From Mobula hypostoma (Eukaryota), in NCBI RefSeq assembly GCF_963921235.1, contig NC_086108.1:11842001-11906000 (forward strand): 64,000 nt of DNA. The letters run 5' to 3'. Below, in pieces: positions 23,446-35,690 of this stretch. Each line of letters starts with the position of its first letter. Positions within the stretch are counted from its first letter, which is position 1. The notes beneath the pieces are model-generated. The model made no database searches, had not been told where the DNA came from, and saw only the letters and a list, made by a program, of their open reading frames with translations. The translations under genes were made by a program, and so were the position numbers.

Positions 23446-24185
23446 TTCATCTAAGCCCATTCACCATAACTAAACCTTATCTGTACCCTTCAACCCTATC
23501 TCATTGAATCTTTACTCATCCACTCTAAACCAACCTCATCTATATATCATCATCATCATCAGGTGCCATGCCCAGTTTGAGCTTTGACTGTCATGGCCCA
23601 CACACTCTTGTTTTGGGCCAAGTGGATCAATTCATTGGTATTCATTTCCAGTTCTCTGGGGCCATCTCCATCATCATCTGTCTTTGTCTTCCTCGTGCTT
23701 TCTTCCCTTCAATCTTTCCCATAATTACTGTGCATTCTAACTCCACTTTCCTAATCACATGTCTAATGAAGTCACGTTGCCTTTTCATGATCTCATACAT
23801 TATGTCTCTTTTTGTGTTTGCTCTGTTCATGACATCCTCGTTAGATATTTGTTTCATCCATGATATTCTTTGCATCCTCCTCAAAAACCACATCTCTGCT
23901 GCTACAATTCGTTTCCTTATGTTACTAGATATTGTCCAACATTCTGAGCCATATAAAAAAACTGGATAAACGTAACGTTTCAGTACTTTGAGGCGGGTTG
24001 TCATGACTAGTTTAGTATTGGTCAGTATACTCTTCATTCTCATGAAGGTGTCTTTTGCTATCCCTATTCTTCTTTTGATATCCATGTCGCACCTGCCATC
24101 TGATGTCACCCAGGTTCCTAAGTAACAGAGTTCTGTACTTGTTTTATGTTTTCCCCATTTATTCTCAGCCTGCAGTAGAATTCTC

Positions 24186-24975
24186 CAACACACATAAAAG
24201 TTGCTGGTGAACGCAGCAGGCCAGGCAGCATCTCTAGGAAGAGGTACAGTCGACGTTTCAGGCCGAGACCCTTCGTCAGGACTGACTGAAGGAAGAGTGA
24301 GTAAGGGATTTGAAAGTTGGAGAGGGAGGGGGAGATCCAAAATGATAGGAGAAAACAGGAGGGGGAGGGATAGAGCCAAGAGCTGGACAGGTGATAGGCA
24401 AAAGGGATACGAGAGGATCATGGGACAGGAGGTCCGGGAAGAAAGACAAGCGGGGGGGGAGGACCCAGAGGATCGGCAAGGGGTATATTCAGAGGGACAG
24501 AGGGAGAAAAAGGAGAGTGAGGGAAAGAATGTATGTATAAAAATAAATAACAGATGGGGTACGAGGGGGAGGTGGGGCATTAGCGGAAGTTAGAGAAGTC
24601 GATGTTCATGTCATCAGGTTGGAGGCTACCTAGACGGAATATAAGGTGTTGTTCCTCCAACCTGAGTGTGGCTTCATCTCTACAGTAGAGGAGGCCGTGG
24701 ATAGGCATGTCAGAATGGGAATGGGATGTGCAATTAAAATGTGTGGCTACTGGGAGATCCTGCTTTCTCTGGCGGACAGAGTGTAGGTGTTCAGCAAAGC
24801 GGTCTCCCAGTCTGCGTCGGGTCTCGCCAATATATAAAAGGCCACATCGGGAGCACCGGACGCAATATATCACCCCAGCCGACTCACAGGTGAAGTGTTG
24901 CCTCACCTGGAAAGACTGTTTGGGGCCCTGAATGGTGGTAAGGGAGGAAGTGTAAGGGCATGTGTAGCACTTGTA
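24186..24975 (-). mobile_element. Penelope-like element fragment (GIY-YIG endonuclease plus pLTR)
   Basis: GVIYCVRCSRCGLLYIGETRRRLGDRFAEH; imperfect TSD TAGAATTCTC/TAGGATTCTC at 24176-24185 and 24976-24985. Confidence 0.92.
24247..24284 (-). ncRNA. Minimal type-I hammerhead ribozyme
   Basis: RNA CAGUC-CUGACGA-AGGGUCUCGGCCU-GAAAC-GUC-GACUG: stem I CAGUC/GACUG, intact core, short stem II. Confidence 0.8.
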
Positions 24976-26933
24976 ATAGGATTCTCCTTCTTTTTGGATA
25001 TAATCATACATTCTGTCTTTTTGCAATTGATAAATAGACCCATTTTTGCACTTTCTTCAACAATTATATCAATTAAGTTTTGTAGTTCTTCCTCCGTACC
25101 TGCAATTAACACAGCGTTATCTGCATATTTGAAATTATTGATGTTTTCACCGCCAACTTTGATTCCCAAGATGTCTCTTATTTTTCGTAATATTGTTTCA
25201 CTGTACACATTAAATAAATCAGGAGAGAAAACACACCCTTGTCTAACACCTCTCTTGATTTTCGTAAACTGACTCACTTCTTCATCTATTCTTACAGCAG
25301 CAGTTTGTTCCCAGTACAGATTTCTGATTAGGCAGAGGTCTTTCGAATCTAGATCTAGAGTTTTCTGTAATATTTCAAATAACTTATTGTGCTTCACTTT
25401 ATCAAATGCTTTTGTGTAGTCGATAAAACAAACACACCTTTTTGCACTTGAATAGCTTGTTCTGATAGTATCTTTAACACCAATATTGCGTTTCTTGTAC
25501 CTTTGTCTTTCACAAAACCACATTGTTCTTTACCTATTTCAGCTTGTCACTTACTTTTAGCTCTTGTCATCAAAATTCTTAGAAGTATCCTGGTGATATG
25601 ACTCATTAAACTTATGGTCCTATGTAATTCACATTCTATTTCTCCAGGTTTCTTCGGAAGAGTGATAAATACTGATTTTTTTTCATCTCTTCTGGTATTA
25701 TTCCAGTCTCATAAATGTCATTGATTAAATCAGTAAGTTTTCCAGTTCCATAATCTTCAAGGGCGATAATTTGTTCTATTACTAATTCATCAGGAACTGC
25801 TGCCTTTCCTTTCTTCATCTTATTTATTGCATTACGAACTTCAGATTTTAAAATACTTGGACCTTCAATGTTTTTCTTAATTTCTGGTTTTTAGACTCGA
25901 TCGTCTTCAAACAATTCCTGAATATACTCAGTCCATCTGTTCATAATCTCATCTTTTTCCATGATAATGGTACAATCCTTTGCTTTCAAACATCCACCTG
26001 AAGGACAGAGGAGCTTTTTACCAGTGATATTCTTGTTATGTTGATGTAACCTTTTTGGATCAGTAATAGGGAGTTTTTCTATTTGCTCACATTACTGGTT
26101 TAACCATTCTTCTTTGACTTTTTGACATAAACTTTTAACGTTTTTATCTAAGGACTTATATTCTATAGGATTTGCTTTCTTCTGTCTCCTTTCTTCCATT
26201 AGATTTTTGATTTCATCTGTCATTTATTTATTATTCGTGCTTTTTTTCTTTTTAGGAATCTCTGACTTTGCTGATTCTACCAAGGCATCCTTCAGAGAGT
26301 TACATTTCATTTCTACATGATTGCTATCATCTTCAACAGAGTCTATTTCTAGACTATTCCTTACTTCAATTGTAAATTTTTGTCTTAAGTTTTCTTCTTA
26401 ATTGCAAGTAGTCAAGGGATTGTTCAGGTTTTTGCTTCTTTAGTTTTTTAAGTTTTTCTTTTACATGACTGGGTTATGGTCACTATTACAGTCTGCATCT
26501 GGATATGTTTTGCATTGAGTCACTGAGTTTCTAAATCTTTGATTTACAGTAATAAAGTCAATTTGATTTCTAGTGTTATCACCTGGGCTGTTCCAGGTCC
26601 ACAAGTGTCTTGGATGGTTTTTAAAGTAGGTATTCATAATGACCTGATTATTCACCTTGCACCATTCTACCCATTTCTCACCTCTTTCATTTCTTTCCCC
26701 TAGTCCAAATTTTCCTATGGTATTTCCATCAGCACCTTATCCTACTTTAGCAATTAGATCTTCCATGACAATAACAATACCTTGAGATTTGCAGCCATTC
26801 TTTGCTTGTTCAAGCTCTTCATAGAATTTATCTATATCCTCATTTGTTCCATCTGTTGTTGGTGCATATACCTGTATGATTGCTAAATCAAATGGTTGTC
26901 CTCTGAATCTAACAAGGAGCACTCTTTCTGATA

Positions 26934-28931
26934 TAGAAACACAGAAACGTAGAAAATAGGTGCAGGGGTAGGCCATTGGACCCTTCGAGCCTGCACCACC
27001 ATTCAGTATGATCATGGCTGATCATCCAACTCAGAACCCTGCACCAGCCTTCCCTCCATACCCCCTGATCCCTTTAGCCAGAAGGGCCATATCTAACTCC
27101 CTCTTAAATATAGCCAATGAACTGACCTCAACTGTTTCCTGTGGCAGAGAATTCCACAGATTCACCACTCTCTGTGTGAAGAAGTTTTTCCTCATCTCGG
27201 TCCTAAAAGGCTTCCCCTTTATCCTCAAACTGTGACCCCTCGTTCTGGACTTCCCCAACATCGGGAACAATCTTCCTGCATCTAGCCTGTCCAATCCTTT
27301 TAGGATTTTATATGTTTCAATAAGATCCCCCCTCAGTCTTCTAAATTCCAACGAGTATGAACATGGTTGATCCAGTCTTTCATCATACGAAAGTCATTTC
27401 ATCCCAGGAATCAATCTGGTGAACCTTCTTTGTACTCCCTCTATGGCAAGGATGTCTTTCCTCAGATTAGGGGACCAAAACTGCACACAATACTCCAGGT
27501 GTGGTCTCACCAAGGCCTTGTACAACTGCAGTAGTACCTCCCTGCTCCTGTACTCGAATTCTCTTGCTATGAATGCCAGCATACCATTCGCCTTTTTCAC
27601 CGCCTGCTGTACCTGCATGCCCACTTTCAATGACTGGTGTATAATGACACCCAGATCTCGCTGCACCTCCCCTTTTCCTAATCGGCCACCATTCAAATAA
27701 TAATCTGTTTTCCAGTTTTTGCCACCAAAGTGGATAATCTCATATTTATCCACATTAAATTGCATCTGCCATGAATTTGCCCACTCACCTAACCTATCCA
27801 AGTCACCCTGCATCGTCTTAGCATCCTCCTCACAGCTAACACTGCCGTCCAGCTTCGTATCATCCCCAAACTTGGAGATGCTGCATTTAATTCCCTCATC
27901 TAAGTCATTAATATATATTGTAAACAACTGGGGTCCCAGCACTGAGTCTTGCGGTACCCCACTAGTCACTGCTTGCCATTCTGAAAAGGTCCCGTTTATT
28001 CCCACTCTTTGCTTGCTGTCTGCCAACCAATTCTCTATCCACATCAATACCTTACCCCCAATACTGTGTGCTTTAAGTTTACACACTAATCTCCTGTCTG
28101 GGACCTTGTCAAAAGCCTTTTGAAAGTCCAAATATACCACATCCACTGGTTCTCCCCTATCCACTCTACTAGCTACATCCTCAAAAAATTCTATGAGATT
28201 CATCAGACATAATTTTCCTTTCACGAATCCATGCTGACTTTGTCCGATGATTTCACTGCTTTCCAAATGTGCTGTTATCACATCTTTGATAACTGACTCT
28301 AGCATTTTCCCCACCACCGATGTCAGGCTAACCGGTCTATAATTCCCCTGTTTCTCTCTCCCTCCTTTTTTAAAAAGTGGGGTTACATTAGCCACCCTCC
28401 AATTCTTAGGAACTAGTCCAGAATCTAAAGAGTTTTGAAAAATTATCACTAATGCATCCACTGTTTCTTGGGCTACTTCCTTAAGCACTCTAGGATGCAG
28501 ACCATCTGGCCCTGGGGATTTATCTGCCTTTAATCCCTTCAATTTACCTAACATCACTTCCCTACTAACATGTCTTTCCCTCAGTTCCTTCATATCACTG
28601 GACCCTCTGTCCCCTACTATTTCCAGATGATTATTTATGTCCTCCTTAGTGAAGACAGAACCAAAGTAGTTATTCAATTGGTCTGCCATGTCCTTGCTCC
28701 CCATAATCAATTCACCTGTTTCTGTCTGTAGGGGACCTATATTTGTCTTAACCAATCCTGTTCTTTTCACATATCTATAAAAGCTTTTACAGTCAGTTTT
28801 TATGTTCCCTGCCAGTTTTATCTCATAATCTTTTTTCCCCTTCTTAATTAAGCCCTTTGTCCTCCTCTGCTGAACTCTGAATTTCTCCCAGTCCTCAGGT
28901 GAGCCACTTTTTCTGGCTAATTTGTATGCTT
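26934..28931 (-). mobile_element. Young 5'-truncated CR1 LINE nested in RTE
   Basis: TGATAT TSD on both sides; RTE reading GHWAI|SERV rejoins when it is removed. Confidence 0.93.
27394..28931 (-). pseudogene. CR1 ORF2 reverse transcriptase region (about 510 open codons, truncated; FGDD in place of Y/FADD)
   Basis: KSPGPDG, NYRPVSLTS, QHGF, LDFQKAFDKV, GVPQDSVLGP, FGDD. Confidence 0.85.
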
Positions 28932-28999
28932 TGATATTGCCCAATGTCCTAAAACACTTTTTGCCATGTTTTCATCCATAAGAATTCCTACTCCATTAT

Positions 29000-29157
29000 G
29001 ATATGGCCCTTGTGGCTACGGGGGTCAGGGGGTATGGAGGGAAGGCTGGGGCGGGGTTCTGAGTTGGATGATCAGTCATGATCATATAAATGGCGGTGCA
29101 GGCTCGAAGGGCCGAATGGCCTACTCCTGCACCTATTTTCTATGTTTCTATGTTTCT
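29000..29157 (+). mobile_element. Short CR1 3' end nested in RTE
   Basis: Same family 3' UTR as 17447-17607; TTTCTATG tail. Confidence 0.88.
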
Positions 29158-29596
29158 ATTAGTATGGGATGTTCCACAAGAATAAATTAGTGTTTTATTT
29201 CTATTCTGACATGTTCCAGCACCTATCCAATGAACTTTGCTAATTCCCACAATGTAAATATTTAGTCCTTCCATTTCATTTATCACATTGTCCAATCTTC
29301 CTGCTTGATATAGGGTTCTTACATTCGAAGTGGCAACAATTTTCTTTTCTGTTACTTGAATTTTATGAGCATTAGCTTGATGACAGTCGGGGATCCCCTG
29401 CTGACCAGAATCAACCCTACCAAGCAAAGCATCTTCAGAATTGTCTTGAAGATCCTCTTGACGCTGTTGTTGTGTGATACATTTTGAGAGCTTGACCATG
29501 GTTTTCTTAGCAAACAGAATCTAGGAAACCTAGTATCTAGCAATGGTGGTTTGCTATTGCCTACTGTTGGGCGAACTAAAGAAATTGCCATTTCTC

Positions 29597-30890
29597 TTCC
29601 CGAAGAAGAGCAAGGTGGCATGCCTGAATGACTATCGACCTGTGGCTCTGACATCAATTGCTATGAAGTGCTTCGAGAGATTGGTTATGGCACACATCAA
29701 CCACAGACTACCGGTCAACCTCGATGCTTTGCAATTCGCCTACCGGAACAACAGGTCAGTGGCAGATGCCATCTCTCTGGCCCTACATTCCTCCTTAGAA
29801 CACCTGTAGAATAAGGATGCATACATAAGGCTCCTTTTCATTGACTACAGCTCTGCCTTTAATACCATCATTCCAAATAATCTGATTCCTAAGCTCCGGA
29901 ATCTGGGCCTTAGCACTCAGATCTGCAGCTGGATCTTCAACTTCCTCACAGACAGAACCCAGGCTGTAAAAATAGGGGACAAGCTCTCCTCTACAATCAC
30001 TCTGAGCACCGGTGCCCCACAAGGCTGTGTACTCAGCCCCCTGCTGTACTCACTGTATACCCATGATTGTGTAGCCAAGTTTCCATCAGATTCTATATAT
30101 AAGTTTGCTGATGACACAACCATTGTAGGCCATATCTCGGGTAATGATGAGTTTGAGTACAGAGAGGAAATTAAGAACCTGGTGGCATGGTGTGAAGACA
30201 ATAACCTATCCCTCAACGTCAGCAAGACGAAGGAATTGGTTGTTGACTTCAGAAGGAGTAGCGGACCGCATGACCCTATCTACATCGGTGGTGCGCAAGT
30301 GGAACAGGTCAAAAGCTTTAAGTTCCTCGGGGTCAATATCACAAATGACCTGACTTGGTCCAACTAAGCCGAGTTCACTGCCAAGAAGGCCCACCAGCGC
30401 TTTTACTTCCTGAGAAAACTAAAGAAATTTGGCCTGTCCCCTAAAACCCTCACTAATTTTTATAGATGCACCATAGAAAGCATTCTTCTAGGGTGCATCA
30501 CAGCCTGGTATGGAAGTTGTCCTGTCCAAGACCGAAGGAAGCTGCAGAAGATCGTGAACACGGTGCAGCACATCACACAAACCAATCTCCTGTCCTTGGA
30601 CTTACTTTACACCGCACGCTGTTGGAGCAGTGCTGCCAGGATAATCAAAGACACGACCCACCCAACCAACACACTTTTCGTCCCTCTTCCCTCCAGAAGA
30701 AGGCTCAGGAGTTTGAAGACTCGTATGGCCAGATTTGGGAACAGTTTCTTTCCAACTGTGATAAGACTGCTGAACGGATTCTGAACCGGATCTGGGCTGT
30801 ACCTTCCAAATATCCGGACCTGCCTCTTGGTTTTTTTGCACTACCTTACTTTCCATTTTTCTATTTTCTATTTATGATTTATAATTTAAG
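29597..30890 (+). mobile_element. 5'-truncated Rex1/Babar-type LINE
   Basis: [69 protein letters not shown]. Confidence 0.88.
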
Positions 30891-30944
30891 AGAAGCATAA
30901 ATCACATGTATCAGAGGCACAGTGGAATAAAGGGAATAAAGGGA

Positions 30945-32143
30945 ATTACGGCCTCAAAATTGTGGGGTGACCTTTTAGAACAGAGGTAAGGAGGAATTTT
31001 TTTAGCCGCAGAGTAGTGAATCTATCCGGATTTCTTCCTCGGAGTTTACTCCCAAAGCCGTTCCCTTGGATGGGTATGGCCGCAAAGCAACAGAGGTTTA
31101 TAATCAGAATTTTCCTTCTCCTATGTGGGCTGGCATCCTAGGCTGACGAGCCCCACCTGCTAGAAGCAGCTGGTTTTGAGGCGCCTGTGGTCCGCCATAG
31201 ACCCTTCTATTGTCAATGGAAACAGTCCCGCCAGGCCCAGAAACTAAGTCACACGTGAAGGCCAAAAATTGGGTTTGGTTGTCAGGGGCTGTTAGAAACA
31301 CATGCCATTTGGAGCACTTTATAGATAGTGGGAGCTTATCCCCACTATCATCCCTGGCTATGACAACCTTAGGAACTTAGACCCTGCGCACAAAACAGAA
31401 GCAGTGACTCAACGCTTTCCATATACGCTGCCTCAGATGCATACTTGGTATCACCTGGGAAAGCAAGGTTACCGACAATACAGTGTTCGAGAGAGCAGGC
31501 AAGACCTCCATGTTCACCTTCCTCAAACAGAGACGTATGTGCCCGTTAGGCCACATCTTACTCATGGCAGATGGGTGCATACTGAAGGATCTTCTCTTCG
31601 GGGAACGGGAGTCTGGAAAGAGGCCAACGGGAAGACCCCAGCTACGCTACAAGGATACCTGCAAGCACGAGCTCAAGGCCCTTGGTATTAGCACCAACAC
31701 GTGGCAGTCACTCACCTCAGGAAGGGGTGCCTGGAAGCAGGAGGTGAAGAAGTGTCTTGTGAGATACAAGACCACTCTGATGCAGCAAGCTGAGGAAAAG
31801 GGAGCCCGCCGAAAACTCCATGCCCAAGCTGCCCAAGACATCAGGGTTCTGCTATACGCTGTGTGGCAGGGACTGTCACTCCCACATTGGACTCCACAGT
31901 CACAGCAGACACTGCTTAATTCAATCCACCAGCAGCACAAACTCATGATCCCCTGGGATCAATGGTTACCCATTCTATTCAGTGAATCTGTGGAATACTC
32001 TGCCACAGACAGCATTGGAGGTCAAGTCCATGAGTGTATTTAAGGTGAAAGTTGATTGTTTCCAGATTGGTCTGGGATCAGGCATGATGGAATGGTGGAG
32101 CAGACTTGATGGGCTAAAAGGCTTAATTCTGCTCTTATGGTCA
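30945..32143 (+). mobile_element. Old CR1 3' end split by an RTE insertion
   Basis: FFSRRVVNL|NLWNTLPQ across the insertion; CR1 3' UTR to about 32143. Confidence 0.7.
31024..31980 (+). mobile_element. RTE insertion: inverted 5' UTR-like segment (31024-31378, minus) joined to 3' end (31379-31980, plus)
   Basis: TSD AGTGAATCT at 31015-31023 and 31981-31989; FHIRCLR..ILGITW..LGH..GRPQLRYKD C-terminus. Confidence 0.7.
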
Positions 32144-32344
32144 TATGCGTGGATGCAGATGAGATGGAGATTGGCTGGATGACTATAGATGAGGTGGAGT
32201 TGCTGTGGATGGAGATAAGGTGGAGTTAGAGTGGATGGGTAAATATGAGGTGGTGTTAAGATGGATGAGTATTGATGAGATAAGTTACGATGGCTGGGAA
32301 TAGAAGAGGTGGAATTAGGGTGGATGGGTATAGATAAGTTCATG

Positions 32345-32841
32345 GTCGCCTCACTACAGGAAGGATGTGGAAACCATAGAAAGCATGCAGAGGAGATTTG
32401 CAAGGAATTTGCCTGGATTAGGGAGCATGCCTTGGAGCGACGGAGGATGTGAGGTGGCCTGATAGAGGTGTATAAGATGATGAGAGGCATTGATCATGTG
32501 GATAGTCAAAGGCTTTTTCCCAAGTCTGAAGTGGCTGCCACAAGAGGGCACAGGTTTAAGGTGCTTGTGAATACGAACAGAGGAGATGTCAGGGGTAAGT
32601 TTTTTATGCAGAGAGTGGTGAGTGTGTGGAATGGGCTGCCGGCAATGGTGGTGAAGGCGGATACGATAGGGCGTTTTAAGAAGCTTTTGGATAGGTACAT
32701 GGAGCTTAGAAAAATAGGGGACTATAGGTAACCCTAGTAATTTCTAAGGTAGGGACATGTTCGGCACAACTTTGTGGGCCGAAGGGCCTATATTGTGCTG
32801 GAGGTTTTCTATGTTTCTATGGTTCTATGTTTCTATGTTTC
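32345..32841 (+). mobile_element. CR1 3' fragment in satellite
   Basis: YKMMRGID..TRGHRFKVL..FFMQRVV; TTTCTATG tail. Confidence 0.88.
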
Positions 32842-32973
32842 TGAGTTAGGATATATGGGCATAGATGAAGTGGATATAGGGTTGATAGGTATAGGTGAGC
32901 TGGAGTTCAGACAGATTGGGATAGATGAGGTGGGGCTTGTTTTGAGGGAGATGAGTGTTATTAGGGTGGATCC

Positions 32974-33216
32974 ACCTGTGGCTCTGACATCAATTGCTAT
33001 GAACTGCTTTGAGAGATTGGTTATGGCACACATCAACCACAGCCTATCGGTCAACCTTGATGCTTTGCAATTCCGCCTACCGGAACAACAGGTCAGTGAC
33101 AGATGCCATCTCTCTGGCCCTACATTCCTCCTTAGAACACCTGTAGAATAAGGATGCATACGTAAGGCTCCTTTTCATTGACTACAGCTCTGCCTTTAAT
33201 ACCATCATTCCAAATA
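32974..33216 (+). mobile_element. Internal Rex1 RT fragment duplicated from 29638-29879
   Basis: Near-identical to the upstream copy including the premature TAG; no tail. Confidence 0.85.
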
Positions 33217-34939
33217 GATGAGGTGGCGAGGTGATCGGAGGATATGGGGTGAGTTTGTGTGGGTATTGATGAGCTGGATTGGGGTGGATGGGTATAGATG
33301 AGGTGCAGTTAGGGTGGGTGGGTATGGATGAGTTTGGGTTAGTGTGAATGGGTATAGATGCGGTGTCATTGGGTGGATGGGTGTTGGATTGGGTTGACGA
33401 GGCTGAGTTAGGATGCTTGGGTATAGATGAGGTGGAGTTAGGCTGGTTGGAAATGAGGTTGTGTTCAGGTGGATGGGTATAGATGAGGTGGACTTTAGGT
33501 GGATGGAGATGGTGGGGTTAGGTTGGATGGGTATAGATGAGTTGGTGCAAGGGAGGATGGGTACAGATGAGGTGGAAGTGAAATTGGGTATAGTTGAGTT
33601 AGTGTTAGGGAGGATGGGAATAGATGATTTGGTGTTAGGGTGAATGGGTACAGATGAGGTGGAAATTAAATTGGATTTAGATGAGCTGGTGTTAGAGTGG
33701 ATGGGTATAGATGAGTTGGTGTTAGGGTGGATGGGTACAGATGAGGTGGAAGTGAAATTGGGTATAGTTGAGTTAGTGTTAGGGAGGATGGGTATAGATG
33801 AGTTGGTGTCAGGGAGGAAGGGTACAGATGAGGTAGAAGTGAAATCGGATATAGATGAGTTTGGTGTTCGGGTGGATGGGTATAGATGATGTGGAGTTAT
33901 GGTGGGTGTGTATAGATGAAGTCAGGTTCTGGTGGATGGCTATAGATAATGTAGAGTTAGAGTGTGTGTACAGTCAGGGTGGGAATGGGGAGCTATGGTG
34001 GAGTTAGAGCAGACGGATAGAGATGGAGGTAAGGAGGATTTGTGGAGTTGGGTGGGTTGGTGAAGGAAAGGTACTAACTAGGAATGATCTCAAATGTAAT
34101 CTCAGTCTGAACGTCCTCTTTCTGCTCCATAGTTCCTGGAAGGTTCATGTTTTACCAGTCACTTTTACACTCAGTTTTAATCAGAGAATCCTTTTGATCA
34201 TGCCTGTTAAATCCCAGTTTAAACAGATGACAAAGAGGACATTGCAGGGCCACTGTTTGAAGGACCTTTGGTGATGGGTCTGCAGAGACAGGCACCGTGC
34301 TACAGAACCGGTTTTGTCTGACTGACAATATAACCACACACCTCCTAGTGCTGTTGTTTCATCAACAACTCTCACAGAACCCAAAGGCTGCATCTTTTCA
34401 ATGTGCGGAGACCCCTTGAGCCTTCACCACTTTATCTCTTGTCAAAGGACGCATTCCCTGACAACATTGATGCAGAATGATTTTGGCACCGATCTCTCCA
34501 TCTCATTATTCTGAATCTGCTCGGTGCTGTCAATTCCACCCATCGGCACTGTGAGCGTGGAAGGTCTGCTTGGGAAGCACAGAAAATGATGCAGATTTAG
34601 ATGTAGCCTCTGTCCACCTGCGGAGAGAAAAGGTACCCTGAGCATTGGCTGGGTGAGTGGACGCAAGTGAATAAGGGGTACAGCCCAACACTTGGGTATC
34701 TGAGGAAGGTCTCACCTGGGTCCATCTCCCACTGAGATTCCGTGTACTGATGGACTGTGATGGGCCGCATATCCACAAGTAGTCAGTGTCCTGTGGAACT
34801 GATGAGCAGTGTGGATTTTACCTCTCGTGCTCTGCTCAGAGATAATGGGGATTTGTGTAAAACCATGGCTTTCAGTGTGCAAATCCCCATATTGGATTAT
34901 TACATTACTTAAACACAAGCCATTCTGCAGATCCTTGAA

Positions 34940-35690
34940 ATAGAACATAGAACATAGAACATAGAATAGTACAGCACAGTACAGGCCCTTCAGTCCACAA
35001 TGTTGTGCTGACCCTCAAATCCTGCCTCCCATATAAGCCCCCACCTTAAATTCCTCTATATACCTGTCTAGTAGTCTCTTAAACTTCACTAGTGTATCTG
35101 CCTCCACCACTGATTCAGGCAGTGCATTCCATGCACCAACCACTCTCTGAGTAAAAAATCTTCCTCTAATATCCCCTTTGAAATTCCCACCCCTTACCTT
35201 AAAGCCATGTCCTCTTGTATTGAGCAGTGGTGCCCTGGGGAAGAGGCGCTGGCTATCCACTCTATCTATTCCTCTTATTATCTTGTACACCTCTATCGTG
35301 TCTCCTCTCATCCTCCTTCTCTCCAAAGAGTAAAGCCCTAGCTCCCTTAATCTCTGATCATAATGCATACTCTCTAAATCAGGCAGCATCCTGGTAAATC
35401 TCCTCTGTATCCTTTCCAATGCTTCCACGTCTTTCCAATAGTAAGGTGACCAGAACTGGACTCAGCACTCCAAGTGTGGCCTAACCAGAGTTTTATAGAG
35501 CTGCAACATTACATCACGACTCTTAAACTCTATCCCTTGACTTGTGAAAGATAACACCCCATAAGCTTTCTTAGCTACCCTATCTACATGTGAGGCAACT
35601 TTCAGGGATCTGTAGACATGTACCCTCAGATCCCTCGGCTCCTCCACACTACCAAGTATCCTGCCATTTACTTTGTACTTTGTTTTGGAG
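34940..35690 (-). mobile_element. CR1 3' portion
   Basis: ORFs 35015-35428 and 35462-35647; (TTCTATG)n tail; same family as 3105-3645. Confidence 0.92.

Larger units (their letters stand above)
23547..29575 (-). mobile_element. Near full-length RTE LINE (APE and RT), host to three nested insertions
   Basis: NVRTL, IIQVYAPT, NQIDFI, CNSDHNPV, FIDYTKAFDKV, GVRQGCVFSPDLFN, YADN, LYGSECW; (TGA)n tail at 23548-23560. Confidence 0.9.
32145..34065. repeat. Degenerate 30-bp satellite (about GGGTATAGATGAGGTGGAGTTAGGGTGGAT) with 87-bp higher-order units
   Basis: 10-aa periodicity in spurious ORFs; GGGTACAGATGAGG recurs at about 33559, 33646, 33733 and 33820. Confidence 0.85.

Noticed and set aside
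23642..24580. 312-aa ORF as a novel protein
   Set aside because: Chimeric read-through of Penelope UTR into the RTE C-terminus
31200..31300. HDV-like ribozyme in the RTE 5' UTR (GCC TTCACGT.. on minus strand)
   Set aside because: I could not assign P1, P2 and P3 pairings consistently by eye; needs a descriptor search
34133..34940. Selenoprotein-like frame with many TGA codons
   Set aside because: TAA and TAG also occur, total stop density is near random, and TGA excess is expected from CpG decay
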